Shown here piece by piece: positions 1 through 7,621 of a stretch of 40,923 nt of DNA. Position numbers and translations under genes: made by a program. Below the pieces are notes generated by a model. The model did no database searches and was not told where the DNA came from. It saw only the letters and a program-made list of their open reading frames with translations. Location of the stretch: positions 1 to 40,923 of the IMG/VR virus record IMGVR_UViG_3300037483_000436. One strand, 5' to 3'. Position 1 is the first letter of the stretch; each line of letters starts with the position of its first letter. The DNA comes from a virus (Duplodnaviria > Caudoviricetes).

Positions 1-11
1 CCTTTGCAAGC
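1..11. repeat. Left copy of the 11-bp terminal direct repeat (putative cohesive end, cosN)
   Basis: CCTTTGCAAGC at 1-11 is identical to 40913-40923; when joined it is flanked by TCGCG (40908-40912) and CGCGA (12-16). Confidence 0.8.
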
Positions 12-32
12 CGCGAGGAGGAAAGTCCTGGA

Positions 33-39
33 AGGACCC
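33..39 (-). other. cosQ-like packaging termination signal (GGGTCCT)
   Basis: AGGACCC on + reads GGGTCCT on -, identical to lambda cosQ, 21 nt before the terminal 11-mer in packaging orientation. Confidence 0.65.
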
Positions 40-86
40 GCGGGCGCCTTGCGTCTACGCGAACCGCGATCGCCATGCGCCGCGAG

Positions 87-560
87 TCACGCGCCACAAA
101 TGCCAAAAGCGCCTACAGGCGAACAGATCGCGGCCGGAGCCGGAAAGGTCAAAACGTCAGGAGGCACGGTACGCCTCGACTGTTGTCTTGTCAACAAGGC
201 AGCAACCATGCTCTGGGAGTCGTCGAGGAATGCCTCCCAGCCCGCGTAGGGGATCGCCAGGCGGCGGCAGCACAGCCGTGGGGGTAGGCGCACCACGTAG
301 TGGAGTTTCAACGCCCTACGGTGCCGTCCTGGCAGGTGGCGCATGGTGCGCTCGACCTGCAATGCTGCGAATGCGCGAGGCGGGTTGCTCGGCACCTGCG
401 GCGGGGTTGTGAGCCAGTCCACCCATCCGGTCGGGGTGTCGCCCTCGCGGATATTGCGGCGGTACAGGTGCTCAATCGAAAAGCAGTGGCCCTGCTGCGG
501 ACGGACGCGAACCCATCGGCCCCATTCGCGAAGGCGGGCGTCGATTTCGGAGTGGGTCAC
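87..560 (-). CDS. Putative late-gene regulator / antitermination Q-like protein
   Basis: IDARLREWGRWVR N-terminus and ERTMRHLP..HRRALKLHYV..HTH-like C-terminus; last gene before cos; GTG at 560 overlaps the MTase stop (GTGA). Confidence 0.55.
   Translation of the reverse strand: MTHSEIDARLREWGRWVRVRPQQGHCFSIEHLYRRNIREGDTPTGWVDWLTTPPQVPSNPPRAFAALQVERTMRHLPGRHRRALKLHYVVRLPPRLCCRRLAIPYAGWEAFLDDSQSMVAALLTRQQSRRTVPPDVLTFPAPAAICSPVGAFGICGA
166..194 (-). promoter_or_regulatory. Putative late promoter (pR'-like)
   Basis: TTGACA (194-189)-N17-TACCGT (171-166) on the minus strand, pointing across cos toward the terminase. Confidence 0.55.
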
Positions 561-1543
561 GCGAACATCCTCCGCTGTATCAACGTCGCAGGCAGACACG
601 CCGGCGAATACCAAACGCATTCGCTATCAGTGGTTTGTCCGCCTGAATACGTGAGCCGCCCGCGCGACCACTCCACAGCGTCCCATCCGTCCAGCGCGTA
701 GTCTCCTTGGTGCCCGCACAGGGCTACCCGCAGGTGCGCGTTGTCTCGCGCCCACGCTTCGACGGCATCGGCAACCGCGCCCGCCTTGCCGTACAACGCC
801 TCGTATGCCCGATAAGGCGGGTCGAGGAATACCGCCGTGTTATCACCGCCATAATGATTGTTTAGACATCGCGACCAATCGCCGTGGATTACACGCACCC
901 GCTCCAGCCTGTCAGCGAGCCGATGCAACCACGCCCATGCTGTGCGGCCGCAGGAGGTCAGGAGGGCGTCGTATCCCCTCCCGGCATCGCTCACGTGCGG
1001 GATTTGACCTATCGCCTGCACGCCCATCCCGGGGCCGCTCACGTGCGGGATTTGACCTATCGCCTGCACGCCCATCCCGGGGCCGCTCACGTGCGGGATT
1101 TGACCGAACCAATCGCACCAGCCAGACCCTATCCAGCAGCACTGCCCCCACAGCCACCACCCGGCCGCCTTGGCATCACCGGGCCAGTCAGGGTCCTGCA
1201 TCGCCGCGCCGATGCGACCCCGCTGCGCCATCAGCCAGATGTGCCGCGCGCCCAGGTCAATATGCGACACAGGGTAATCGGCCCACTCCGCAACCGCGCC
1301 GGGCTGGTGCTTGACCGCGCGCCAGAAATTAGCGATGAAACCGGAGCCATCGCACACGACCTCAAGCGGCGCCGGCCGCGAACACGCGAGCAACATCGCC
1401 GCAGACCCACAGAACGGCTCGATGTACTGCAAAGGCTCACCGAGCCGACGCCACACGTCGCGCGCCACCTGGCGCTTGCCACCGAAATATGGGAATGGGC
1501 TATTCATTGCCACTCGCGCCAAGGCTGGATTAGAACGGGTCAC
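557..1543 (-). CDS. DNA adenine methyltransferase (Dam/D12 class); alternative start at 1507
   Basis: SPFPYFGGK, YIEPFCGSAA (SAM binding) and FLDPPY (catalytic) motifs. Confidence 0.9.
   Translation of the reverse strand: MTRSNPALARVAMNSPFPYFGGKRQVARDVWRRLGEPLQYIEPFCGSAAMLLACSRPAPLEVVCDGSGFIANFWRAVKHQPGAVAEWADYPVSHIDLGARHIWLMAQRGRIGAAMQDPDWPGDAKAAGWWLWGQCCWIGSGWCDWFGQIPHVSGPGMGVQAIGQIPHVSGPGMGVQAIGQIPHVSDAGRGYDALLTSCGRTAWAWLHRLADRLERVRVIHGDWSRCLNNHYGGDNTAVFLDPPYRAYEALYGKAGAVADAVEAWARDNAHLRVALCGHQGDYALDGWDAVEWSRGRLTYSGGQTTDSECVWYSPACLPATLIQRRMFA
988..1105. repeat. 48-bp in-frame tandem repeat, about 2.5 copies, inside the MTase
   Basis: Unit CGCTCACGTGCGGGATTTGACCTATCGCCTGCACGCCCATCCCGGGGC starts at 988, 1036 and 1084; encodes GQIPHVSGPGMGVQAI. 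Confidence 0.95.
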
Positions 1544-1985
1544 ACACCAGCGCGTTGGCGATCGGCAACTCGAGGCCGACCTGCTGCGCTAGCATCGGCT
1601 CGACTTCGATTTCGCATCTTGGATTCACGCGGTCCAACCCCCAGAACACGTGTTTCTCGCGCACCTGGCGGTCGTTTCGGATCACGCCCTTTTGCACCAG
1701 CTCGCGCGCCTCACCGCGGCCCTTGTAGCGGTCCTGCAGCACGTCCAAAACTACGGATTCGTCCAGGTCGGGTCGCTCGCTTGCGTACCAGATGCGCAGC
1801 CTCACGCGGACGGGCCCCTCGAGTCGCAGGCGCATTGACGGAGGGATCTGGCGCAAAGCGTCGTGCTCGTAGGACCGCGCCTTTTTGCTCTTGATGATCG
1901 CCGGACGGTCGCCGAACTTCACGAGCTGGCGCGAGTTCGCTTTGCTGGCGCACTCGCCCAGGATCGTGAAGCAAATCGCGCCCAT
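1530..1985 (-). CDS. rusA: RusA-like Holliday junction resolvase
   Basis: GECASKANSR N-terminus, RPDLDE..LDVLQ and NDRQV acidic motifs; typical position after the replication genes. Confidence 0.75.
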   Translation of the reverse strand: MGAICFTILGECASKANSRQLVKFGDRPAIIKSKKARSYEHDALRQIPPSMRLRLEGPVRVRLRIWYASERPDLDESVVLDVLQDRYKGRGEARELVQKGVIRNDRQVREKHVFWGLDRVNPRCEIEVEPMLAQQVGLELPIANALVCDPF

Positions 1986-1993
1986 GCGTGGAA

Positions 1994-2305
1994 TCAGTCC
2001 TCGACGCCGAAGATCAGGGAAAGTTGAATCACCTCCGTCTTTTCGGCCTCGAATTTCTCGCCCGCGCGCGCCTTCACGTACTTCGACAGCACGGCCGCGA
2101 GGATGCCGGCCTCTTCCGCCGAAACCTTGATGGCCTCGGAGTAGTCGTGCTTCGCCTCGCTCGCGGTGGTGTGCAGCTTGATCAGGTAGTCGATTTTCGC
2201 TCGCGCCTTGTCGAGCTTGATCACCGCTTCCTGGCCCTCGCTGTCCTTGCGGCCGCGGGTGCCTCGCTTGGCTTTCTCGATCACGATTTCGGTTTGTGTG
2301 TCCAT
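1994..2305 (-). CDS. Small helical DNA-binding protein, GapR(DUF2312)/T4 DsbA-like
   Basis: Helical pattern IDYLIKLH..AKHDYSEAIK..AEEAGI..AVLSKYVKARA..FEAEKTEV..L resembles the GapR/DsbA families by eye. Confidence 0.45.
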   Translation of the reverse strand: MDTQTEIVIEKAKRGTRGRKDSEGQEAVIKLDKARAKIDYLIKLHTTASEAKHDYSEAIKVSAEEAGILAAVLSKYVKARAGEKFEAEKTEVIQLSLIFGVED

Positions 2306-2346
2306 GGCTTCAATCTTCTGGGTGAGAGCCTTGCGGCTCGGGTTGT

Positions 2347-3519
2347 TCAGGCAATTCCAACGCCTTCCTGCTGCGCTCGAAAAATCCGACGTGCCGGTGC
2401 TCGATCCCGCGCTTGGTCGACACCGGAATGTAGAGCGGCCCGCGGATCGGCGGCTCGGTTTTCGCCTGCTTCATGCGGATGCCCATCCTGTGTGGCCCGC
2501 TCGAAGTAACGGCCGGTGGGGCGGTCGTACTGCAACTCCACCATCCCGGTATGTCCGACGTGCGCGAAGCGGATCTTCTGAACGTAGATCGACACCTCCT
2601 GCGAATCACGCGCCAGCGGTGACAGGTCGCGCCAGATGGTGATGGCACAATCCGATTTGTTCCAGAAATGCTGTGAGCCGCTGATTGTGTCCGGAGTAGG
2701 CACCGGCAATTCACCGCTATCGAGCCGGCGCAGTTTCTGCGGGTGCGCGACCAGCCAGACGTGCGTGCTCGTGTCCCGCGCCCAGTTGCGAATCCCGGTG
2801 AGCAGCGCGGATACCCAATCGGTCTCGCTCATGCCCGCCGGCCGCTCGTGTCCGATCTCGTTGTACGGGTCGACGATTAGCCCACGCTGCACGTCGCGCA
2901 TTGGGTCCAGGTGCTTCCCTGCCGCTTCCAAGATCGCCATTACCGAAAGCGTCTCGTGGTTGCGCCCACGCACGAAACCGAACCAGTCGCGAATGTGGTC
3001 CAGGTGCTCGTGCATCTCGTCTAGGCTCATGCGCTCGGTCTGGCCTGCGCCGAACGGTTTCCCGCTCACGAGCTGCAGCAGCTTGGCGAGGTGGATCTGC
3101 GTTGGGTGATTCTCGGGAGAGAAAACCGCAAACCTCCATCCCTGCCGCGCGAGGTTGACCGCGAGCGCGTCCACGAACTGCGACTTTCCAGAGGACGGCC
3201 AGCCGGTGACCACGGTCAGTTGCCCCGGGACGACGGTGTAGAGCACATCCAGGGACGGCCATCCGGTTCGGTATCCTGGCGGCAGCCCAGAATCCCAAAG
3301 GTCATCCAGGGACGAGCGGTACTCGATCGGCTCCTCGACGATCGGGCCGACGTAGGCGCCCGGCAGCGCCTCGCGGTACTCGATCCGCGGCGGGCATAGC
3401 TCTGCAAAGCGCCTGTAGCACGAGTCCCGATCGACCGCGCCCAGTGCCACGCGATCGCCGCCACGCATGGTCTTCCAGGCTTCGACGAACGCATCGTCGT
3501 CAAGGTCGAGGATGCTCAT
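2347..3519 (-). CDS. Replicative DNA helicase (DnaB/T7 gp4/Twinkle-type helicase domain, no primase domain)
   Basis: Walker A TGWPSSGKS, IVDPYN, LVAHPQK, ISGSQHFWNKSD and QKIRF motifs. Confidence 0.88.
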   Translation of the reverse strand: MSILDLDDDAFVEAWKTMRGGDRVALGAVDRDSCYRRFAELCPPRIEYREALPGAYVGPIVEEPIEYRSSLDDLWDSGLPPGYRTGWPSLDVLYTVVPGQLTVVTGWPSSGKSQFVDALAVNLARQGWRFAVFSPENHPTQIHLAKLLQLVSGKPFGAGQTERMSLDEMHEHLDHIRDWFGFVRGRNHETLSVMAILEAAGKHLDPMRDVQRGLIVDPYNEIGHERPAGMSETDWVSALLTGIRNWARDTSTHVWLVAHPQKLRRLDSGELPVPTPDTISGSQHFWNKSDCAITIWRDLSPLARDSQEVSIYVQKIRFAHVGHTGMVELQYDRPTGRYFERATQDGHPHEAGENRAADPRAALHSGVDQARDRAPARRIFRAQQEGVGIA

Positions 3520-4244
3520 ATCGGAAACCTCGGCTGCACCGGCTTTGGTGGTTCGTCTTCCCAGCGCCGCCCGTTCAGCCAGGTAGCTGGGTGCGGAATG
3601 AACTGGCCGCCGTCCTTGCGCCAGTCGGCCGACGCCTTCGCGCGCTCGACGGCCGTCACGATGCTGGCCGCGAGAGTGTCGTCAGGATGGATTTTTACCC
3701 AGGCTTTTTCGGCTGCGCCCTTCGCTACCTTTCGCGGGTAGGCGGTCCAGAATTGGATGAAGGCGCCGTTGAGTTGATGCTTCTGTGGGGGGATATAGGG
3801 GGGTTTACTTCTTCTCTTCTCTGGTAACGCATTCGGTAACGTTGCTGTAACGTCTGCTGTAACGCCCTCTGCGTTACCGTCTGCGTTACTGGAGCGTTTC
3901 AAATTTCGATATTTTTCGACGCGATTTTTCGTAACTGCCCGTTTCTTAGCGGTTTCTCCGTTGTGCCTCTCAAAATGAGGGATCGTCAGATTTCCGTCAG
4001 TCTCGATCATCCACCCGACCTCGATCATCGCGTCACCGAAACCAGTAACCGCCGTCAGCCGATCGAGTAATAAATGTGTAACGCCGTGAGCGTTACCGTT
4101 TTGTGTGTGGTCGTCGAACCAATTCCATACCCTGAAAAGTTTCCCAAGCACGGCATCTGCGTCGATGTTGATCTTTGTTGCAATGGCGAAAACCTCGGGC
4201 TTGTCGAGGGTCGGTTTTTCCAACTTGATCCAATCGCCCGCCAC
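3516..4244 (-). CDS. Phage replication initiator (lambda O-like)
   Basis: N-terminal AGDWIK..DKPEV..GKL..VW.WFD; C-terminal FWTAYPRKVAK..FIPHPATWLNGRRWED; GTG start at 4244; directly upstream of the helicase. Confidence 0.8.
   Translation of the reverse strand: MAGDWIKLEKPTLDKPEVFAIATKINIDADAVLGKLFRVWNWFDDHTQNGNAHGVTHLLLDRLTAVTGFGDAMIEVGWMIETDGNLTIPHFERHNGETAKKRAVTKNRVEKYRNLKRSSNADGNAEGVTADVTATLPNALPEKRRSKPPYIPPQKHQLNGAFIQFWTAYPRKVAKGAAEKAWVKIHPDDTLAASIVTAVERAKASADWRKDGGQFIPHPATWLNGRRWEDEPPKPVQPRFPI
3824..3889. repeat. Putative replication-origin iterons inside the initiator gene
   Basis: GTAACG at 3824, 3836, 3847 and 3859, then inverted CGTTAC at 3872 and 3884 (11-12 bp phasing), flanked by A/T-richer tracts. 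Confidence 0.6.
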
Positions 4245-4245
4245 A

Positions 4246-4416
4246 TCAGATCCCAAGCTCGCGCGCGATCCGTTGCATGGCCGCGGCGTACTGCTCAGGC
4301 GTCGCTCCTGGATGCTGATCGGCCCAGGCGCGTTTTCTGGTCTCGTAGCGCAGCCACGGGTTCGGTTCGTTCTCCCGAACGCGCCGGCGGAAATCCTTGG
4401 TCTGGGCCCTGGCCAT
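4246..4416 (-). CDS. Small phage protein, 56 aa (not in the ORF track)
   Basis: Manual translation MARAQTKDFRRRVRENEPNPWLRYETRKRAWADQHPGATPEQYAAAMQRIARELGI*; fills the gap and abuts the initiator start. Confidence 0.7.
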   Translation of the reverse strand: MARAQTKDFRRRVRENEPNPWLRYETRKRAWADQHPGATPEQYAAAMQRIARELGI

Positions 4417-4425
4417 TTGCGCTCG

Positions 4426-4701
4426 CTATCCAATCTCACGCCCGTCACGAAGTGCCCGAAGTGCGGCCATACAACGATCGAATTTGCCGCCTTCACGAAA
4501 GCAAATCTCAACGACATGCTCGTCTGCCCGGCGTGTGGTCAACTCGCTGCCAAAAGCGAGTTCGTGGCCGGGCTTGTCGGCGAGGTCACGAAGATCCTGC
4601 AGGATGGATTGCGGGACTTGCCCGGCTTCCAGCCAAAGTGCACGCAGCTCGCCGACCTGCCGTTCGAGTGCGGAGACGTCCGCCTTGAGTTCGATGATCA
4701 T
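4426..4701 (-). CDS. Hypothetical protein, 91 aa
   Basis: ATGA-coupled to the Cro stop, in operon orientation. Confidence 0.6.
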   Translation of the reverse strand: MIIELKADVSALERQVGELRALWLEAGQVPQSILQDLRDLADKPGHELAFGSELTTRRADEHVVEICFREGGKFDRCMAALRALRDGREIG

Positions 4702-4922
4702 GCGGCTTTGGCTTCGAACAGATCCGGGCGCAGTTCGCGTCGATTCAGTTCGCCGCCGGTGGCCTTCTCGATCTCGACGGCCCGCTCCGCGGTGACGGTG
4801 CGCGTGCCGTTCTCAAGGCTGCGCGCAGTAGGCTCAGCAATGCCGAGGAGCTTCGCCAGTTCTACCGACGAAAGCCCCTTGGCGATTCGGTACCGTCTGA
4901 GGGGGTGAATTTCTTGATCCAT
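4698..4922 (-). CDS. Cro/YdaS-like HTH regulator
   Basis: LRRYR..GLS..ELAKLLGI..T..SLENG.R..AERAVEIEKATGG.L.R.ELRPDLF is the typical Cro/YdaS pattern; first gene of the leftward operon. Confidence 0.85.
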   Translation of the reverse strand: MDQEIHPLRRYRIAKGLSSVELAKLLGIAEPTARSLENGTRTVTAERAVEIEKATGGELNRRELRPDLFEAKAA

Positions 4923-4925
4923 TCT

Positions 4926-4975
4926 GATACCTATGGTATCGCACCTTTTCACAGAAAGTCAATACCTGTGGTATC
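4926..4975 (-). promoter_or_regulatory. Leftward promoter with two 15-bp palindromic operators
   Basis: GATACC-tat-GGTATC (4926-4940) and AATACC-tgt-GGTATC (4961-4975); TTGACT-N18-TACCAT on the minus strand ends 10 nt before the Cro ATG (near-leaderless). Confidence 0.7.
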
Positions 4976-5050
4976 AGACAGGTGCGCCCTCGTTTCATAC
5001 GATGGGCAGATGGAAAACCGGCGGGGTGATTTCTCGGCATTTCAGAAAAT

Positions 5051-5092
5051 GATACGGTACGTATTGACAAACACTGATACGTGACGTATCGT
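5051..5092 (+). promoter_or_regulatory. Rightward early promoter with two 15-bp palindromic operators
   Basis: TTGACA (5064-5069)-N17-TATCGT (5087-5092); operators GATACG-gta-CGTATT (5051-5065) and GATACG-tga-CGTATC (5076-5090). Confidence 0.75.
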
Positions 5093-5128
5093 ACTCCCAT
5101 CGCCCGACACCGGCACGGGAGGACGCAA

Positions 5129-5338
5129 ATGTTCTGTTCACGCTGCAATAACAGTTTCCCTGGTGGTTGCACCTGCGAGGACCGAGATGATCGGCTTACA
5201 TCGCTGAGTGGTAATGCGCACATCGCCCTGACGTACTGCTCTGGATGCGGAGATCACGTCAGCCTATGCAAATGCCCGACTCCGAAGCCTGCGCACGAGT
5301 TGCGTTCGCAGGGTCGCATTGTCAGGGTGCGATCATGA
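5129..5338 (+). CDS. Cys-rich small protein (putative Zn-binding)
   Basis: GGAGG RBS before ATG 5129; CxxC..CxC and CxxC..CxC motifs. Confidence 0.65.
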   Translation: MFCSRCNNSFPGGCTCEDRDDRLTSLSGNAHIALTYCSGCGDHVSLCKCPTPKPAHELRSQGRIVRVRS

Positions 5339-5649
5339 TCCAGTCCAAAGTCAGCAGCGCCCAGCCGGTCTCCCTCCGCGCCCAGGACGACGCGCAAGCC
5401 TCCGTCCTGCGCAACGCCAACGAGCAGGCGTTCGAGCAGCTGCTGCGCTCGTACATCCTCAGCAACACCTCAGGAGCCCGCGAATTCACATTCGGCGGAC
5501 TCGTCAACCTGTTCACGACGCTCGCGACGCTGTGCGAGCAGATCGAACTCGATCAGCGTTGCGCCGACTACGGCGTTGCCGCGGCCGAAATACGGCGGCT
5601 CGAAACCGTGCTCGATCTTGGGTACGCGCCGGGCGAGGTGGTGCGATGA
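5335..5649 (+). CDS. Hypothetical protein
   Basis: ATGA overlap with the upstream and downstream genes. Confidence 0.65.
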   Translation: MIQSKVSSAQPVSLRAQDDAQASVLRNANEQAFEQLLRSYILSNTSGAREFTFGGLVNLFTTLATLCEQIELDQRCADYGVAAAEIRRLETVLDLGYAPGEVVR

Positions 5650-5921
5650 CCGATACCTACCGCTTCCGCGCCTGGCATATCCCATCGCACATGATGGAGA
5701 GAATCCTCGCGTACACCGAGGATCACAACAGCGTCGGAGATTTTCTCACCGCCGTGATTTGCAACGATCTGCGGGGGGCCTGCGCGCACGCCGACGATGT
5801 GAACATCGAGAACCTGCCGGCGTTCTGCGCGTACTTCCACAATATCGCTCCGTCGCAGTGCTGGGGCTCGGTCGAAAAATGGAGAGCTTGGCTGGACGCA
5901 AAAAAGGAATATCAAGCATGA
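5646..5921 (+). CDS. Conserved phage hypothetical protein
   Basis: ATGA-coupled; GDFLTAVICNDL..APSQCWGS motif seen in phage early proteins. Confidence 0.7.
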   Translation: MTDTYRFRAWHIPSHMMERILAYTEDHNSVGDFLTAVICNDLRGACAHADDVNIENLPAFCAYFHNIAPSQCWGSVEKWRAWLDAKKEYQA

Positions 5922-7000
5922 CCACCGAAGTCACCACGCAGGCACCCGCGGCCGACATCGCCGCCACCCAGTTGATCACGCTGGACCCGGCGCAGTACGT
6001 CGCCGCCGTCTATGCGCCCTTCCGCGAGCGCCTGGACCGCGCGAAGGTGGAAGCCTCTGCCATCGCCAAAGTCGACGTGCAAACCGGCGCCGGCATGAAG
6101 GTCGCGATCGCCCACCGAGCCGTGTTCCGCGCGCTGCGAATCGAGGCCGAGAAAGCCCGCAAGGCCTGCAAGGCGCCGATTCTCGAAATCGGAAAGCTGC
6201 TCGACGGCCGCGCCAAGGAATTCGAGGCCGAGATCACGCCCGAGGAGGATCGTTTCGACGCGGTGATCAAGGCCGAGGAGCAGCGCAAGGAATCCATCCG
6301 CGAGGCCGCGATCCAGGCCGAACGCGAGCGCCTCGAGGCAGAGCTTCGCGCGAAGCAGGCCGAGGAGCAGCGCCTGCGGGACGAGGAAAACGCGCGCATC
6401 GAGGCTGAGCATGCCGCCGCGCGGGCGATCGAGGAAGCGAATCTCGCCGAGGAGCGCGCCCGCCAGGCCGCAGAAGCCGAGCGCCTGCGCCAGATCGAGG
6501 CCCGCCTGCAGGAAGAGGAGCGCGCCGCCCGGGCGAAGATCGATGCCGAGGAACGCGCCGCCCGCGAGCGCATGGAGGCCGAGGAAGAAGCCTCCCGTGC
6601 CCGGATCCGCGAGCAGCAGCGCCTGGACGCGGAAGCCCTGGCCGAGGAATCCCGCCTGCGCCGCTGGAATCAGGCCCAGGAGGAGCGCGCGGCCGATGAG
6701 GCACGCCTGCTCGAGCGCGAGCGGATCGCGGCCGAGGATGCCCGCCTGGCGGCCGAGCGGCGCGCTGTGGAGGCGGAGCAGGAACGCCTGCGCGCCGCCG
6801 CCGCGGAATCCGATCGCGTGGTCCGCCAGCGCGAGAGCGACGTGATGGATGCCGAGCGGTTGCTGCAAACGTTCGTGCTCCGGTTCTCCCACCTGGCCGA
6901 GTACGCGCCGGTGTGCAAGGCGATCATCGCGCTGAGACGCGACCGGTTCGTGGCTGCGCGCGATGAAACCGAGGTTGAAAAACAGGAGGGCGTAGCGTGA
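5918..7000 (+). CDS. Long E/R/A-rich coiled-coil phage protein
   Basis: AAGGA RBS, ATG 5918; N-terminal EKARK..KAPILE.GK.LD..AKE motif then a charged coiled coil; usual neighbour of phage recombination genes. Confidence 0.75.
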   Translation: MTTEVTTQAPAADIAATQLITLDPAQYVAAVYAPFRERLDRAKVEASAIAKVDVQTGAGMKVAIAHRAVFRALRIEAEKARKACKAPILEIGKLLDGRAKEFEAEITPEEDRFDAVIKAEEQRKESIREAAIQAERERLEAELRAKQAEEQRLRDEENARIEAEHAAARAIEEANLAEERARQAAEAERLRQIEARLQEEERAARAKIDAEERAARERMEAEEEASRARIREQQRLDAEALAEESRLRRWNQAQEERAADEARLLERERIAAEDARLAAERRAVEAEQERLRAAAAESDRVVRQRESDVMDAERLLQTFVLRFSHLAEYAPVCKAIIALRRDRFVAARDETEVEKQEGVA

Positions 7001-7269
7001 ACCATCCACCAGCGCCGAGCCGCTGCCGGGAGTGCGACGCGATGAGCGCCGCGATCATCTGCCCGGTCTGCAAAGCCGAGAAGCCGGAGTACACGCGCGT
7101 GAAAAATCTACTGCTGCATCCAGCGCTCACGCACGCCCAGGCCGCCGAGGTCTGCCGCAGAAACGGGCTGCGCGTGGTCCAGGACCTGCGCGGGAATATG
7201 TCGCTGGAGTCTGCGCCGGCGCGCGGCGTGGTGCGCCCTGCCGTCGGCCAGCCCGATGACGCGGCATGA
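6997..7269 (+). CDS. Hypothetical protein with CxxC-CxxC
   Basis: GGAGG RBS, GTGA overlap; CRECD..CPVCK. Confidence 0.55.
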   Translation: MNHPPAPSRCRECDAMSAAIICPVCKAEKPEYTRVKNLLLHPALTHAQAAEVCRRNGLRVVQDLRGNMSLESAPARGVVRPAVGQPDDAA

Positions 7270-7469
7270 AAATCTACCCACAAATCGGATCGAAGTACAA
7301 CGGCCCGCCGCTCGACCGCCCCGCGCTGCGCCAGTTGCCCCACGGGTGGATCGTCGAGGACCCGGACCCGGATCAAACAACTTTCGGCGGCCTCGGAGTG
7401 TGGCTCGTGATGCTGATCATCGCCATCGTGATCGCCGACATCGTTTTCTTTTGGGGGTGGCCATGGTGA
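7266..7469 (+). CDS. Small membrane protein
   Basis: ATGA-coupled; C-terminal hydrophobic helix GLGVWLVMLIIAIVIADIVFFW. Confidence 0.6.
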   Translation: MKIYPQIGSKYNGPPLDRPALRQLPHGWIVEDPDPDQTTFGGLGVWLVMLIIAIVIADIVFFWGWPW

Positions 7470-7621
7470 GACGCCCGCGCTACCGCGAAGACACCGCCCG
7501 CTGCGAGCACTGCGCGCAGTGTTTCGCGCTCGGGCTGGTGATTGCGGCGGCTGTCGTGATCCTGGCGGCCGGATTCCTGTATGGCGGGGAGTGGATAGAT
7601 TTTTGGAGATGGAAACCATGA
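7463..7621 (+). CDS. Small membrane protein
   Basis: MVRRPRYRE..CEHCAQC followed by a TM segment; stop overlaps the next ATG. Confidence 0.5.
   Translation: MVRRPRYREDTARCEHCAQCFALGLVIAAAVVILAAGFLYGGEWIDFWRWKP

Noticed and set aside
988-1105. Possible CRISPR or mini-array
   Set aside because: The repeats are head-to-tail with no unique spacers, are in frame within the MTase, and there are no cas genes
5918-7000. TolA or tape-measure annotation for the E/R/A-rich protein
   Set aside because: Low-complexity coiled-coil resemblance only; no TM anchor, and it lies in the early operon
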